A stretch of 64,000 bases of DNA from Podarcis melisellensis (Eukaryota), in NCBI GenBank assembly GCA_964234715.1, contig OZ174279.1. One strand, written 5' to 3'. Each line of letters begins with the position of its first letter. Within the stretch, counting starts at the first letter, position 1. Under the pieces are notes generated by a model. It saw nothing but the letters and a program-made list of their open reading frames with translations. It ran no database searches and had not been told where the DNA came from. The position numbers were made by a program, and so were the translations under genes. Positions 12,968 to 26,500 of the stretch are shown here, one piece after another.

Positions 12968-14473
12968 TAGTGGGATCTTGGGGTGTGGGCCGGAAGGAGG
13001 GAGGCTGAAGAAAGTTGCTTCCAAAACACGTCCTCTGAGAGAAACATGTCTCTGCGGGCAAAAGTTGGCCAGCCGCTGCCTGTAGCGACACGAAGGTCCA
13101 GTCTAAAGGAGTGTTGGACACTCATTATAAACAGTGGAGGCTTTTTAATGATGCCACTTAGCTGGAGAAGTTGGTTGTTAGCAGAGGTGTGGAGAAGAAA
13201 CCAGGATGTCCTGCACACTTCCTTTCCCCAACGCTATGTGAGAAGTTTGAGGAGCTGCTGTTCTGTCTCAAAGGTTCAAACAGATTGAAGAGGTGACATC
13301 AGTCAGCAATGAAAGAGCTTCTGCTGCCCTCTCCTGGTTAGGATTGAGCTGTACTGTGGCAATCCTACTTTCTTCCTGCTCTTAGATTGCAGCTGTTATT
13401 TTCAAAAAAAGGTCTGCAAGGGTGGTGGAGCAGGCTGTGTGTTTGTGTCCACAATAGCGTGTGTGCACATGTGTGTGTGTGTTAGTCTCATGTTACAGAA
13501 ATTTATCAGAAGGCATCTCACTGATAAGCATCAGCCATTACAGGCTTGCACGAAACAATTTGGAAGTTAGGAAATGGCAGCAAGGCAATTAAAAACCATC
13601 ACAGCTTGTGCTCTTTTAAGTTTCCACTCAGGTACTGTGTGTGTGTGTGTGTGTGTTGTGTGTGATGCATAGAATTGCCAAGTATCTTTGTTAATAAACC
13701 AGCAGTCGCTGGGCATTTCTGTTCTGAGGGTGCCTCTACTCCCAGGGTTGGGAAAGGCAAGTGTCAACTGTCCACTCCCTTCTGCCAGCCCCTTCATGAC
13801 TTGGTGAGATACAAGGGGCCAGCAGGGATACTGGATGAGGCATGCTGTGGAATGAAGAGCTGAAAGAGGTTTTGCATCTGATAAGACCGTGGTGTGACTC
13901 ACCTTGTTTCTTGCATGCAGATGCCAGAGACTGGAATAAGCATCTTCATTGTCCATTAGGTCACCTCCTTTGCTATTTTTAAAATGGACTGTTCATGTTT
14001 GTTTTGCTATTTTTAAAATGGACTGACTGGGTTGCTTTTGTACCTTGCCGTAAATCAGGTGGACACTGGATGTTTGAAAACATGCATTCTTATTTAAATT
14101 GCTTAAGGTATTCAAACCACCATCAGTCATCTCATCTTGCTGCCATGACAGAAGTGGCATGAGATGAACCATTCATTATATGAACGGGGCACAGAATATA
14201 ATGCTGTTTGCTGTGCCAGTGTCCTGGGGGTTGTCTGGTGAAAAGAGCAGTATTTTGGGCCACACACGACACCTCTTCAGTTCCAGAGCTCACTCTGGTG
14301 CATATAAAACAATAAGGTTGGTCATGCATCTGAGCATGTGCAGAATATTTCTTCATTGCTGCTTAGTATTCCCCTGCTAGTCCTCATAACCTGATGCCTC
14401 ACTACCTTGCCAACCCCCCATACTTCATTGTCTCTCCACTGACAGATGGCTCTCTTAAAATTATCATCTGCAG

Positions 14474-14545
14474 GGACTTGAGCGAGAACCTCCTTCTGGC
14501 TGTTCCCAGGAAGGCGTTTCGTGGAGCTACTGATCTCAAGAACCT
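14474..14545 (+). CDS. SLIT1: SLIT1 exon 5 (72 nt, LRR)
   Basis: ctgcag|G GAC TTG AGC GAG AAC...AAC CT|gtgag; [24 protein letters not shown]. Confidence 0.96.
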
Positions 14546-17500
14546 GTGAGTGACCAGGCCCAGCAGGGCAGTGGATAGGGAAGCATGCCACATTGGCCTG
14601 GAGAGATTGGCATTATGTTTCATGCATGCACATACTGAGGTCATAGGGCTAGCAACTGTGTAGAGGAAAATCTCAAAAGTTCCTTCTACAACAGCAAATA
14701 CTAATAGGATAATAGCAGTGGGAACGTGTCCCACAGATACAATGCAGTGCCTGTTGTGCCCCAAATCATATTTCCCACCCACCCATACCTATCCCTCTCC
14801 TCCTCTTGGCTACTTGCCGTTCTCCAGTGCAACTTATGCATACCACAAAGTCCTCCAGCATTTCTTCTCCTTTCATTGAGTGCAGCAGATTGGTCTTTGT
14901 GTCGAGATTCCTAGATATTGGTCTGCCAGCACAGCTATTGAGAACAGGTATATTAATCTCCTCTTTCATCACTCAGACAACTGGACAAGAACCACATCAG
15001 CTGCATTGAGGAAGGGGCCTTCCGTGCTCTCCGTGGCCTGGAAGTTTTGTAAGTGTCTCTGGGAGGGCTCTGTAGAAGGTTTGTCCCATCAGGCTGGATG
15101 GAGAGCCTGCCTAGAGAAGCATGACTGTGGTAGAATCCAGCTCAGTTGATGGGAGGGTGGTCTGGAAGCACCCTGGGGTTAGGGCTAACTCTTCACAAGA
15201 AACAGTCCCCACCCCTAAATGTGGGCAAAGAGTCTGTTTTTCTCTATAGCTTTATCACTGGTGTATGATCTGCTGGCTCAGGTGGCCATAGCCCTCTCCC
15301 CTTCAACACCCCACTCCTGGCCACTATTCATTTGTAGGCACCAGGCCACACCAGAAGTGTTTTTATCTTAGAGTGTTATATCCTGAGATTCCAACCCATG
15401 CTGGTAACATACAGGGTCCAGGTAGCATTCCATCTCCCCAGAAGGATGGAGGTCTTTTGGTATTACACCGATTCTGTATCAGTTGCAGTGCTTCCCAGCA
15501 GAACTGAAAGTGCTGTTTTCCACCTTTAGAGCCCTCATTGGTTTGGGGCTAAGTTATTAGAAGGAGAAGCTGTGCCTGTATGAACCTACCTTTGCTGTAA
15601 GGTGGATATCAGAAGCCCTACTTGTTGGCCTGCATTTGAGATCATTTAGATTGGTGGGAACCGGGAACCAGGGCCTTCTCAGTGGTGGCCCCTACTTTAT
15701 GGGATACCCTCCCTAGAGAAGTGTTGATAGGTCACTTTAGCTTCAGTATTTAATTTGTTTTGAACTGTTTTTAATGTTGAATTTTAAATTGTTTTCAAAG
15801 GGCGGGTGATAAATCAATACAACAACAACAACAACAACAACAGTAATAATTGCCCTACCATATTACTCTACTATGCAATTGTGCATAGGATTGTAGCTTA
15901 AGAGGGTTTTTAAAATCCCAGTGGTGAAAACAAAGCAAAACAAATAACTTTATACCTGGTCTGGTTTCAAAAGTGATCAAGTGACAACCCAAAGCCCAGT
16001 AGCTCCCCTTGTGCAAACCACTGGAGCCTGGTCCTGAACTTACTAATGTCAGCGGGGCCTTCCTCCCAAGCTTGAGGGGAGTGTTGGGTCAGATGAAGGT
16101 AATATGCATGCAATCCCAGGGAAGCTGGCCTATTAGTCAATGTAACTTTTCTTGCTAAGGGGTGCCCTAAAATTCACCTGTTGATCTGTCATTCTAAGAT
16201 CCTCTGTTGTAGGGGTGTGTTAGAACTGGCCCTTGCTTCTCCCATGCTGAAAATGATTTTGAAAATAAGATGTGCTGTCAATCTGAGAAGTGTCACATGC
16301 CACTCTGTGAACGTTGTTTGTTTGTGTGTACACTGCACACACAGCCAGATGAAAGGACAAGATGTTTCTCTCCAGCATTCACTGATGCTCTTCCTCTTCC
16401 TCCTTCCTGCAGGACTTTGAACAACAACAACATCAGCACCATCCCCATCTCCAGCTTCAACCATATGCCCAAACTGCGCACCTTGTGAGCACATGATGAA
16501 GCAGCCCAAGGGCGGGGTGGGATTGGGGGTGGGGTGGAAGACCGCAGACTGGACATTTCATAAAGCATGGTGGGCTGGGAGCTACCAGTCCATACAAGGA
16601 ATGCTGGTGGCAACTTTTCACTTTTAGGTCCTGCAGATCTCCCTTCTTGGCACTGGTGTTTTCATAGTAGGTAATGCCTAACCCTGTGCCCAGGATCCCA
16701 AGAACCTGGGGCCCTACGAAGATGTGGGATGCTGCCCCCCAATGACAGAAAGAGCCACAGCTCTGTTCATGGAGTTATTGGTTCCTTTAATGACAAGGTG
16801 CATCATGGGACAGAAAGCGGTGACATTAATGTGGTGGGCAGGATGCTGGTTGAGAGCAATCCAGTCAATGGAATCCAGAGTAAAAAAAAAGGTAAAGGTA
16901 AAGGACCCCTGACAGTTAAGTCCAGTCACAGATGACTCTGGGGTTGGCACTGATGACTCTTGCTTTACTGGCCGAGGGAGCCGACATTTGTCCGCATACA
17001 GTTTTTCTAGGTCATGTGGCCAGCATGACTAAGCCGCTTCTGGCAAAACCAGAGCAGTGCATGGAAACACCATTTACCTTCCCGCCGGAGCGATACCTAT
17101 TTATCTACTTGGACTTTGACGTGCTTTCGAACTGCTAGTTTGGCAGGAGCTGGGACTGAGCAACAGGATCTCTCCCCGTCGCGGGGATCCGAACTGCCGA
17201 CCTTCCGATTGGCAAGCCCAAGGCTCAGTTGTTTACACCACAGCGCCACCCGCATCCCAGAATGCAGAGTACTAAGGCCCAAACCCCACAGTTTCAGATC
17301 CCTATTGGACTGGACTCTCCTTCCCAGAAAATGTCCCCACATTTTCATTCCAGCTCAGTAAACCTAAGTCTGTTTCTCTAGAAATGGCTTTACCTACAGT
17401 ATCTATGCAGGTGTTTCAAAAGGTAGCTGTGGAAAGACAGTGATTGATATTTCTCCCCCCCCCAAAAAACCTTTCCTCCCCTGGGTCCCTACAGCCGCTT

Positions 17501-20500
17501 GCACTCCAACCAGCTCTTCTGCGATTGCCATTTGGGTTGGCTTTCCCAGTGGCTGCGCCAGCGCCCCACAATTGGGCTCTTCACACAGTGTGCCGGCCCT
17601 GCTGCCCTCCGTGGCCTCAACGTTGCAGAGATTCAGAAGAATGAATTCAGCTGTTCAGGTCAGTGACATCTTTGGGGTTCCAGGGAGCTTTGCATACCCC
17701 CAGAATCACCAGAGAGAGGCCCCTTCTGCCCTCAGATTCAAGGCATATCAGCCCTGGAACCAAAGTGAAACCTGCCACAAGAGACCATTGGTCTCTCAAA
17801 TGCAAGACCCTCTTACCACAACACGTTAGTTTCTCTCATGTGCAGGCCATGGTGGTTGCATGACTGCAGCCTGGACTGCAGAAATTGCTTTTCATTCTCA
17901 AGAAAGTCTTTTAAAAGCATTGTCTCCTTTTATCCTGCATTTTTCTATTTCTGACAGTGTGAAGCTATCAAACGATTAGTGCTGGAAGCTGCCATCTTGA
18001 AAGATGCCCACTTGCTCTCTGTGCTCTTTATGTAGTTTTCGTCCTTAGTGTTGTGAAATGGTGCACCATGCTGCCCTTTCTATCTCATGCTCATTTGTGC
18101 ACTTGCCCTCCCCTGTCCATTTCCTGTCTCTGCTGATTTGAACTATCAACCTGTGTAGCAGTTCTGCATATGTATATGCCTGCATATGTATTCATCTCTA
18201 CGTGTAAACATCTGTGGAGAGGGGCCGAGAGGAGGGCGTGCTAGTGGCCCAAAGGCTCTCTAGCTGCCCTGAAGAAAGTACACATTATTCCAAAACCCCA
18301 ACAGACCACAAGCAAAGAACAGGTAGGCAGGGCTAGGCCCTGCAGTGCCGTGTGTTGCAAGCCCTATGCAAAGAGGATGCACTAAGCTTCTGCATTCTTC
18401 TCTGCAGGCCAGATGGATGCTACCAGGACCCAAATCTGCAGCTTTTCATCAGGTTCCTGTCCTGCCATGTGCACCTGCAGCAATGGCATTGTGGACTGTC
18501 GCGGCAAGGGGCTGACAGCCATCCCTGCCAACTTGCCTGAGACCATGACTGAGATGTGAGTGGATACTAGGAACATGGTGGGAAGGCAGGGGGTGGTGGG
18601 ACCTGAGCACTAGCACCCTTCCTAATCACATCTACTCTGCTTGGGTGATCCTGTCTCCTTGGCTAGTATTGATTCAGCTGGTATTGGAACAGGGAATATA
18701 TTGTTGCCTAAGGAGCACCATAGGGCAATTCTCAACTGTGACCTTATGTCAGGGGTGGGGAACCTCTGGCCCATGGACCAGATTTGGCCTGCCAAGCCAT
18801 TTCACTCAAGCCATATGCATGATGTGAGGACAGGGCATGACTGAAAGGGGCTTTCCAAACACCCCACAATCAGCCAGTTGCCATGTGTCTGGGAAACGAA
18901 GCACAAAGCAATTTGAGAGGCGTGTGTCCAGCATTTCCCAAGCACCAAGCACGTGAGTAGCAAAGCACTCTGCACAGTGCTTTCCCAAACATCTGACAAT
19001 CACCTGGTTTGGGCATTTGGGAAGTGCTGTGCAAAGCTTTGACAGGTGTCAATCACCTGGTGCCATTATGTGTCAGGTGACTGGCATATGGTTGGCCCTG
19101 CTGACTGTTGAAGTTGGCCTACAAGGGTAGGGGGAGATAAAGATGTGGTCCACTGGTCCATAAAGCTTCACCGCTCCTCCCTTATGCAGAGATGACTCTA
19201 GTTTTTGCCAGTCCCTTTTGTGGCTAAAAGCTATACCAGGACCAGAGATTTCTGCTTCCAGAGAACTGGGGGAGATGTGTCAAAGTGAACTATCCAGGAA
19301 TACAGCTGTCTGCCTACTCTTGGGGACTACCTCCTGCCTGATCTCTGTGGCATCCTTGTTGGAAGAGACGGCACTTCAGTTACTCCTATGGTGCAGTCAA
19401 GCTGATTTGCTTTCTTGTGTTCTGTTTCCCATGCAGACGCTTAGAACTGAATGGCATCAAGTCTATCCCACCTGGAGCCTTCTCATCATATAAGAAGCTA
19501 CGAAGGATGTGAGTGTCTTCAGCCAGAGTGAACAATGCTGGGCTTGATGGACAAATAGTCTGTGCAGGCCCAAGGCAATACCTTCTGTCCAGATGTGATA
19601 TGGGCAGAGGGGAAGCAGGTGTTGCATTGCAAGGTGTACTCGAGGGAGCACAGAATTGTATTGGCTGATGTGCACCTTCATCTCAGTCCTGCTAAGGAAC
19701 AGGAGTGAAGTCTTTATTATACTCTGTAAAGAACACAAGGTGGGAGAGGCACTTTCAGAAAAGGAAGGAGCTGTGACTACATGCGTAGGAGCGTTAACTT
19801 TGTCTTTGCCTTTCAGAGACCTGAGCAACAACCAGATCTTGGAGATTGCGCCTGATGCCTTCCAAGGCCTGCGCTCACTCAACTCTCTGTGAGTAGCCTC
19901 AGTAGGAGCAAGCATGGCAGACATTAGTCTAGGTGGGGAAGTGAAATGCCACTTGCATGCAGCGTGAGAATGTTTTTGCACAAGCTCCACGCACATAGCT
20001 CTACCACTGGCTATGCGCTGTGGCTTCCTGAATATGCCAATTCCAACTCACAGCCCCCTTGGCCAACATATTGCTTAGCCTTTCTAATTCCCAGTTGCTG
20101 CCGATAATGTTAGCATGTGAGTTGTCCCACCCACCACACTCCCCCACCACCCACTGCACCAACAAGTTAATGTGGCTCCATTCCAAAGAGCAATCTGTGT
20201 CATGGTTGTCTCTTGAAATGCAATTTTGCAGGCACAGCTCCAGATGGCAAGTGTTTGCATGAAATAGTTCTCCATGGACCTATGGTGATTTCAGCCACAC
20301 CATTTTAACCCTTCTCTTTCGAAGGTTTGCAATGGAACGAGCGAAACTGCTGCAACCTTGCAGGGAGCCACTTGACATAGGCAGCTTGCCATGTGGAGCT
20401 GCGCCTACCTAGCTGTATCAAGTGGCTGCATATGGCCATTTGCATATATGAACTGGGCCTCAGTGGGGACTTAAATCACATTTGAATCCAGATTCCCTGA

Positions 20501-23500
20501 CGCTGGCATCATAAGCCAGCTGGCACCTCACAGTCTCATTATCGTTACGGCTGCTATGTATGAAGGGTGAGGGTATGAAGGGTGAGCCTGGGTTCAGTTG
20601 TTCAAGATGGCCACTTTCCTCAAGATACATCAGGACTTAACCACCGAGAGACGCTACTAATTCAAGCACTGGTTTTGTTTCTTTTCCAGAGTCTTGTATG
20701 GGAACAAGATCACAGAGCTGCCCAAAGGGGTATTCGGGGGCTTGTATGCACTGCAACTACTGTAAGCACAAGTGAGAGGGATAGCTAGAGGGCCCTTTGG
20801 ACATCACTATAGCAGGGGGCGAGTGGCAGTGTGGAAACCTTGATCCAGATGGCAAAGGGGCTCCAGACCTCCCATCTGGCTCCCATACAATTTCAGCATA
20901 CTTATGTACAAACCTGACAGCCCTTTATCTCTTCCCTGGAACCTGCAACTCTCCTTAACAAGCCTTTTCTTCTTCCCTGCCTTCATCTTCCACACAGCCT
21001 GCTTCACTGTCCCCTGTGTCTTTCTACTCCACAATACCATCGAGAGTTACTGTCTTCTCCCCAGCTTTAATCTTTGCTTCTCTCCTCATCTGCCTATATT
21101 TCTCATCTATACCAGGGGTCAGCAACTTGTGGCCCATGTGCCACAAGCGGCCCACGTGGGTCGTTTAAACAGCCCATGAACCACCCCTGAACTGAGCTGC
21201 CCATTCGCTGAGTCCCTGTGCACTGCACTAAACTGGAGCAGCGCGGAGTGGGGACTTGCTTCTGTGGCGCCGGAAATTGCGTCTGCGCAGATTCAGATGC
21301 CGAAAATCGCATCTGCGCAGGTGCGATCTGGCCCACGGAGCAATCTCCACAGGAGTGAACCATCCCAGGCGAGGTAAACCTTGCCGACTCCTGATCTATA
21401 CTATCCCTTCCTTCTGTCCACCTCAGATTCAGAGAAGGGTTGTGGATATCCTGTTTCCTCACCTGTCTTCTTTGTGGCCATTTTGTTCTCTGACCTACTA
21501 TCACTTGGTCTAGGCTGTGTGAGTAACATGCTGGGTGTTAGTTGAGTGGGTGGGATCTGCGGAATCCCCTGCTGTGAGCAATGGCTAAGAATATTTTGTG
21601 TGTGTGTGATAGCCACTACCACTATGACCATCACAACATGCGCGCACATGCACACTCTGATATGGTGTTTTGTGCTCCTTCACTCCAGGCTCCTGAATGC
21701 CAACAAGATCAACTGCATCCGGGCAGATGCCTTTGCTGACCTGCAGAACCTGTCGCTGCTCTCGCTGTATGACAACAAGATCCAGACCTTGGCCAAGGGC
21801 ACCTTTGCCACCTTACGAGCCATCCAGACTCTGTGAGTGCTGGCTTCTCTCAAGATATGTCCAATGAGAACAGGGTTCTGTGGGAGGAAGGGAGGAAATG
21901 CCCTTGGAACACTGGGGTCCCACTGAGAAGGCAGGTAAGATTCTGTGGCCAAGGCAGGAGATTACCACAGGGGCAGAGCTCTAGAAAGAGAGCAACAAGC
22001 CTTGCAAGGCCATGCCTTTGCAACCATGTTCAAGACCAGCCTTCCCAAACTGGGTGTCTTCCCATAACTTGACTGGAGCTGATGGAAGGATGGAAGTTGT
22101 TTCAAAAATATCTGAAGGGCACCAGGTTGGGGAAGACTGCCCTAGAGTGTAGAGGCTGACCCAGGGCCATTGGCAGAGCCCAACATCCTGGCACCAAAGT
22201 GAGGTCACAAGGAAATGGACCACTTTGCCTTCAGGGTGCCTACAAGAGCATTCAGCATTATGCCAGCTTAGAAGCAGCATCTTGGTTGCTAGATTTAAGG
22301 TTGCTCTGACAGCAGCCACCAGAAGAACTCTGAAATTCAAGCTGCTCTTGTTTCTTTCCCTCTATAGCCATCTGGCCCAGAACCCCTTTATTTGTGACTG
22401 CAACCTGAAGTGGCTGGCAGACTTCTTGCGTGCCAATCCTATTGAAACAAGTGGTGCTCGCTGTGCCAGCCCCCGCCGCCTCGCCAACAAGCGCATCGGA
22501 CAGATCAAGAGCAAGAAATTCCGCTGCTCCCGTATGAATAATCTTCTTCTGTGGGGCTGCGTATAGATTTGGGGATCAGGACAGAGCAGATATTGGATGT
22601 TTCCCTAGCACTTCATTGCATACTTATTCAGGGATCCTGACATTAGCACCTCAGTGAAAACTAGGAGAAGATATTGTAGAAACATCCCCCCCCCCCCCCC
22701 GCAACTGAAAAACTGCAGTGTTTCTGTTCTCTTATTTTAAAAATTAACTCTTACATCTTGTGCACACATTGATGGCTGGTGGTGTATTTGTCGATTTTTC
22801 ATCAGAAATACATATTAAGTTAATATGCATGATGTCATTTCTAAGCATATGTATCTGGACAGAAATACGCATTCTGTTTTCATTTCACACACTGCAGTAT
22901 ATATACTCGTTCATACATGTTTGAGGCAGTTATGAGCAGCACGGCCTTTAATATCTTAAGTTTGCTGCATTCAGATTAACACTCTGCATATTTCTGTTCA
23001 CAGCCAAAGAACAGTATTTCATTCCAGGTAAGGGAGCCAGTATGGAGATGCTAGAATTTGCACGTGAGTTGCATGAGAATGTTTGTGGTATGTTTGCACT
23101 ACTGGCAAAATGAGGTTGCAGCCTTGCAGAATTGTTGTTATGATGTATTTTTAATGGCTTGCATTAGATCCAGCAGTAGTGGCATGGACTGTTTGCAGGC
23201 ACTGTGGTCCTTCCAGAGGCTCAGAACAAGATCAACCAGTCTCTGTCTTTCATATCTACCTTCTCCATTTGCTGTAGCACAGGAGTGGTGAACTCAACAG
23301 GCCACAGGTGGTTCACAGCCAGTTTCAATCTGTCAAGTCTCCACTGCTTCTGGCTACTTGATGCTGGTGCCACTTATTAGAGCCTTACTCTATGTACAGT
23401 ACAGAAATTTCTGGCTTAATTATGCTGGCCAAAGGATTTATATATTTTTATTTATGAGTTCTGCATTCAACTGGGATCCCTGATTGTAATGGTTCTAGGG

Positions 23501-26500
23501 GTTGCTCGTGCATAAGTTGCCGCTACTCCTGGCTAGGTTGCCTGGTTGAACCCTTTCTGTCTGGACAGCCTTTCACCCGTGGCTGTCTCAATCGCTGGCA
23601 GAATCTGTCAGTGGGCGTTTCTTGAACTTCTTCCAGCAAAGAAGTTCTTTGACGCCAAGTCTCCTCCTACTCTCCCTGCGTGGAAGTCTTCTGCGCAGGG
23701 AGGGTGTGGGCAGCGGAGTACCCGTGCTCTCCCCGCTGGTCTCCGACGATGAGTCCTGGAGCCCCCTCGCCGATTCCCCCTTCTGCCCCCCTTCTCCACT
23801 GGTGTTACGCTGATTTCCTTCCCTAGCGGATGGGCTGCCTCTCTCCCTACTGGGACCCTCTCCGGCATCCCTCCGGAGCCTTACCTCCGCCTCTGGCTCC
23901 AATGGCAGTTCCCTGACACTGATAAAGCAGAGTTCCCAATTGCCTGGTGGCTTCTACTCACCTTCAAGCAGCCATGGTAGAAGCTCCCTTCAACAGGAGA
24001 AGGTCTGGGACTGGGTGAGCAGGAATGTTGGGAGAAGAGTGAGGCCTCATGCCCCCAGACAGAAGGAATCCCCTTCCAGAATATGCTTATTCAACAGTCC
24101 CAAGTATTCACACACACCTCTGTGTTCACACTTTCTCATTGCTTTCTCTTGGTGGCAGGTACGGAAGATTACCAGTTGAACAGTGAATGTCACAGTGACG
24201 TCGTCTGCCCCCCCAAGTGCCGCTGTGAAGCCAACGTGGTCGAGTGTTCCAACCTGAAGCTGACAAAGATCCCAGAGCGCCTCCCTCAAGCCACAGCTGA
24301 ACTGTAAGTCAGCATGCTTTGGCCATATCTAAGAACCATACTTCCTTCCTCACTATCAAAAACCGAGTACTCTTATTTGCTTTCCGTGTGGCTTTATTTA
24401 CACAGTTGTGGATAGCAAATGTTGCTATTGTAGGGTTGCTGGTGTTTTGAGGACTGATCTCTGTGGCAGGGACACGGAGGCATGCTCTATGGTTTTGGGG
24501 TTTGCCCTCCCCCATCATGCATTGAGATGGAAGGACCTGCCTGCTGATTGGCTCCCCCTGCTGAGGCACACCTGACCTCCCAGACTGGGTCTGCCTGCCA
24601 TCTGTGAAGCAGGATTTCATTTTAACTCTATAGAGCCCAACAAACATAAGAAGAGCCCTTTTGGATCAGGCCAAGTGTCCAGCATTCTGTTCTCACAGTG
24701 GCCTATGGGAAGCGTGCATGCAGGATCTGACACAACAGTGCTCTTCCCACTTGTAATTCCCAATGACTGGTATTTGGAAGAATGCTGCCTCTGGCAGTGG
24801 AGGTAAAGGTTAAAAGGTTCCCTACATACTTGCTGCTAACCGTGAATCTATTAAACTCACAGTTCTTTTTCTTAAGGTGATAATAGAAGTGAGGGGGAAA
24901 CTCCTTGTTGTCTAAGGGTTTTTTCTCCTCATACTTAATTCATACTTTGAATCNNNNNNNNNNNNNNNNNNNNNNNNNNNNNNNNNNNNNNNNNNNNNNN
25001 NNNNNNNNNNNNNNNNNNNNNNNNNNNNNNNNNNNNNNNNNNNNNNNNNNNNNNNNNNNNNNNNNNNNNNNNNNNNNNNNNNNNNNTTGCCTCAGCCACT
25101 CATCTAACATTCCTAACTTCTGTACCCAGTGTTCATCTCACACACTGACAAAGCTTAGAACTTCTATTTCTGGTGTGTTTTTCACTCCAGTGCCTCTCCC
25201 TTCTGTAGTGCACTGCACTGCACCCAGCATCCCATATTGTGTACTAAACGGGTATCTGAAGCCTTTTATATGAAGCATTTATTCTCCATGCAAGCACAGT
25301 GGAATGGCCCTTGGCCCTATCCAGTACTGAGTCTTTCATTTGGCCATTTCACCTTCTATTTCTATTCTATATAGAATATACTTTGAAATTATCTGTGTGT
25401 AGGAAAAGGGCACATTGTTCATGTGGACAAGTGGCTTTCTGCTGCAGATGCTTGATTTCGAAAGCTGGTGTGTATTGGCTTTCAAAGCCATATACTTACT
25501 CCTGGCAGAACAATCCATTTGCATTATGCTTTATATTCTGATACATATGCACATTTTTATACGCAGGGATTAACTCAGTACAGAGTGGAAAGAATGTGTT
25601 AAGCAATGCAAAGTTAGTTTTCAGAGATGGGCCTAGAATACACATATGTTTTATTTTATTCACTGCTTTGCTATCCGAGCTGTATGCTTACAATTTCTGT
25701 TGCAGGCGGCTGAACAACAATGAGATCACAGTGCTGGAGGCCACAGGCATCTTTAAGAAGCTCCCACACTTAAAGAAAATGTGAGTATGTGGGTAAGGGG
25801 TTCTCATAGCAGAGGAGATACTCCAAAGACCTCTTGTGTACACAAGATCTGGGGGAAAGGAAGCGGCAATATGAACAGGGCTTAGAGTGCAGGAGTATTC
25901 CAACAGGAGCCAGATATTTCTAATGCAAGAGGCTGACATGTATGCCTAGAATGGAAAGGCCAAACTAGAGATGACCTTTGTCACATTGCTTGGTGTTGCA
26001 TAGTTGATTTTTAAAAGTTGAACAGCTGGCATAGGGGGGCCAACCAGATCAGGACAATGGTGTGGAGTGAGGGGAGCTTTGACCCAGTGCTGGAATTGCC
26101 CCCCCCCCCGCCCCACCTCAACTGCTGTTTACAAGAAGAATAAAGCTTCCATTGACATCAGTGGGAGCTTTCCTTTCAGTGCAAAGAGCAGGCACAGGAG
26201 GGAGAAGATTCTGATCAAGACTGCCAGGGGCTACTCGATGGGCCTTCAGAAGCAGAAACAATTTTTTTTAGAGGAAGTCAAAGGCTTCAGAGTAAACATA
26301 TGGCATACATTCAAAGTGGGTTCGGCAAGCACAGGTTGCAGAAGAATTAAAGACAGCAAAATAAAACCAGCGCTGTTGGAACTACTACAAATATTCTTCA
26401 TTTGTCTCTGTTGGAGAGAAATGCTCCTTGTAGGCTGCGCACTGAGTTGAGAAAACTTTCTGCCTGCTCCTGTGTTCCACTATCACTTCATGTTCCTTGC

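Noticed and set aside
13969-14025. 23-bp direct repeat TTTGCTATTTTTAAAATGGACTG with an 11-nt spacer
   Set aside because: Only two copies: a local duplication, not an array, and CRISPR is not applicable in this eukaryotic context
22532-24158. miR-218 hairpin in SLIT1 introns 14/15, by analogy with SLIT2/SLIT3
   Set aside because: No TTGTGCTTGATCTAACCATGT or near match. Only a 9-nt TCTGTCAAG (about 23329-23337) resembles the 3p arm, too little to call even a relic.
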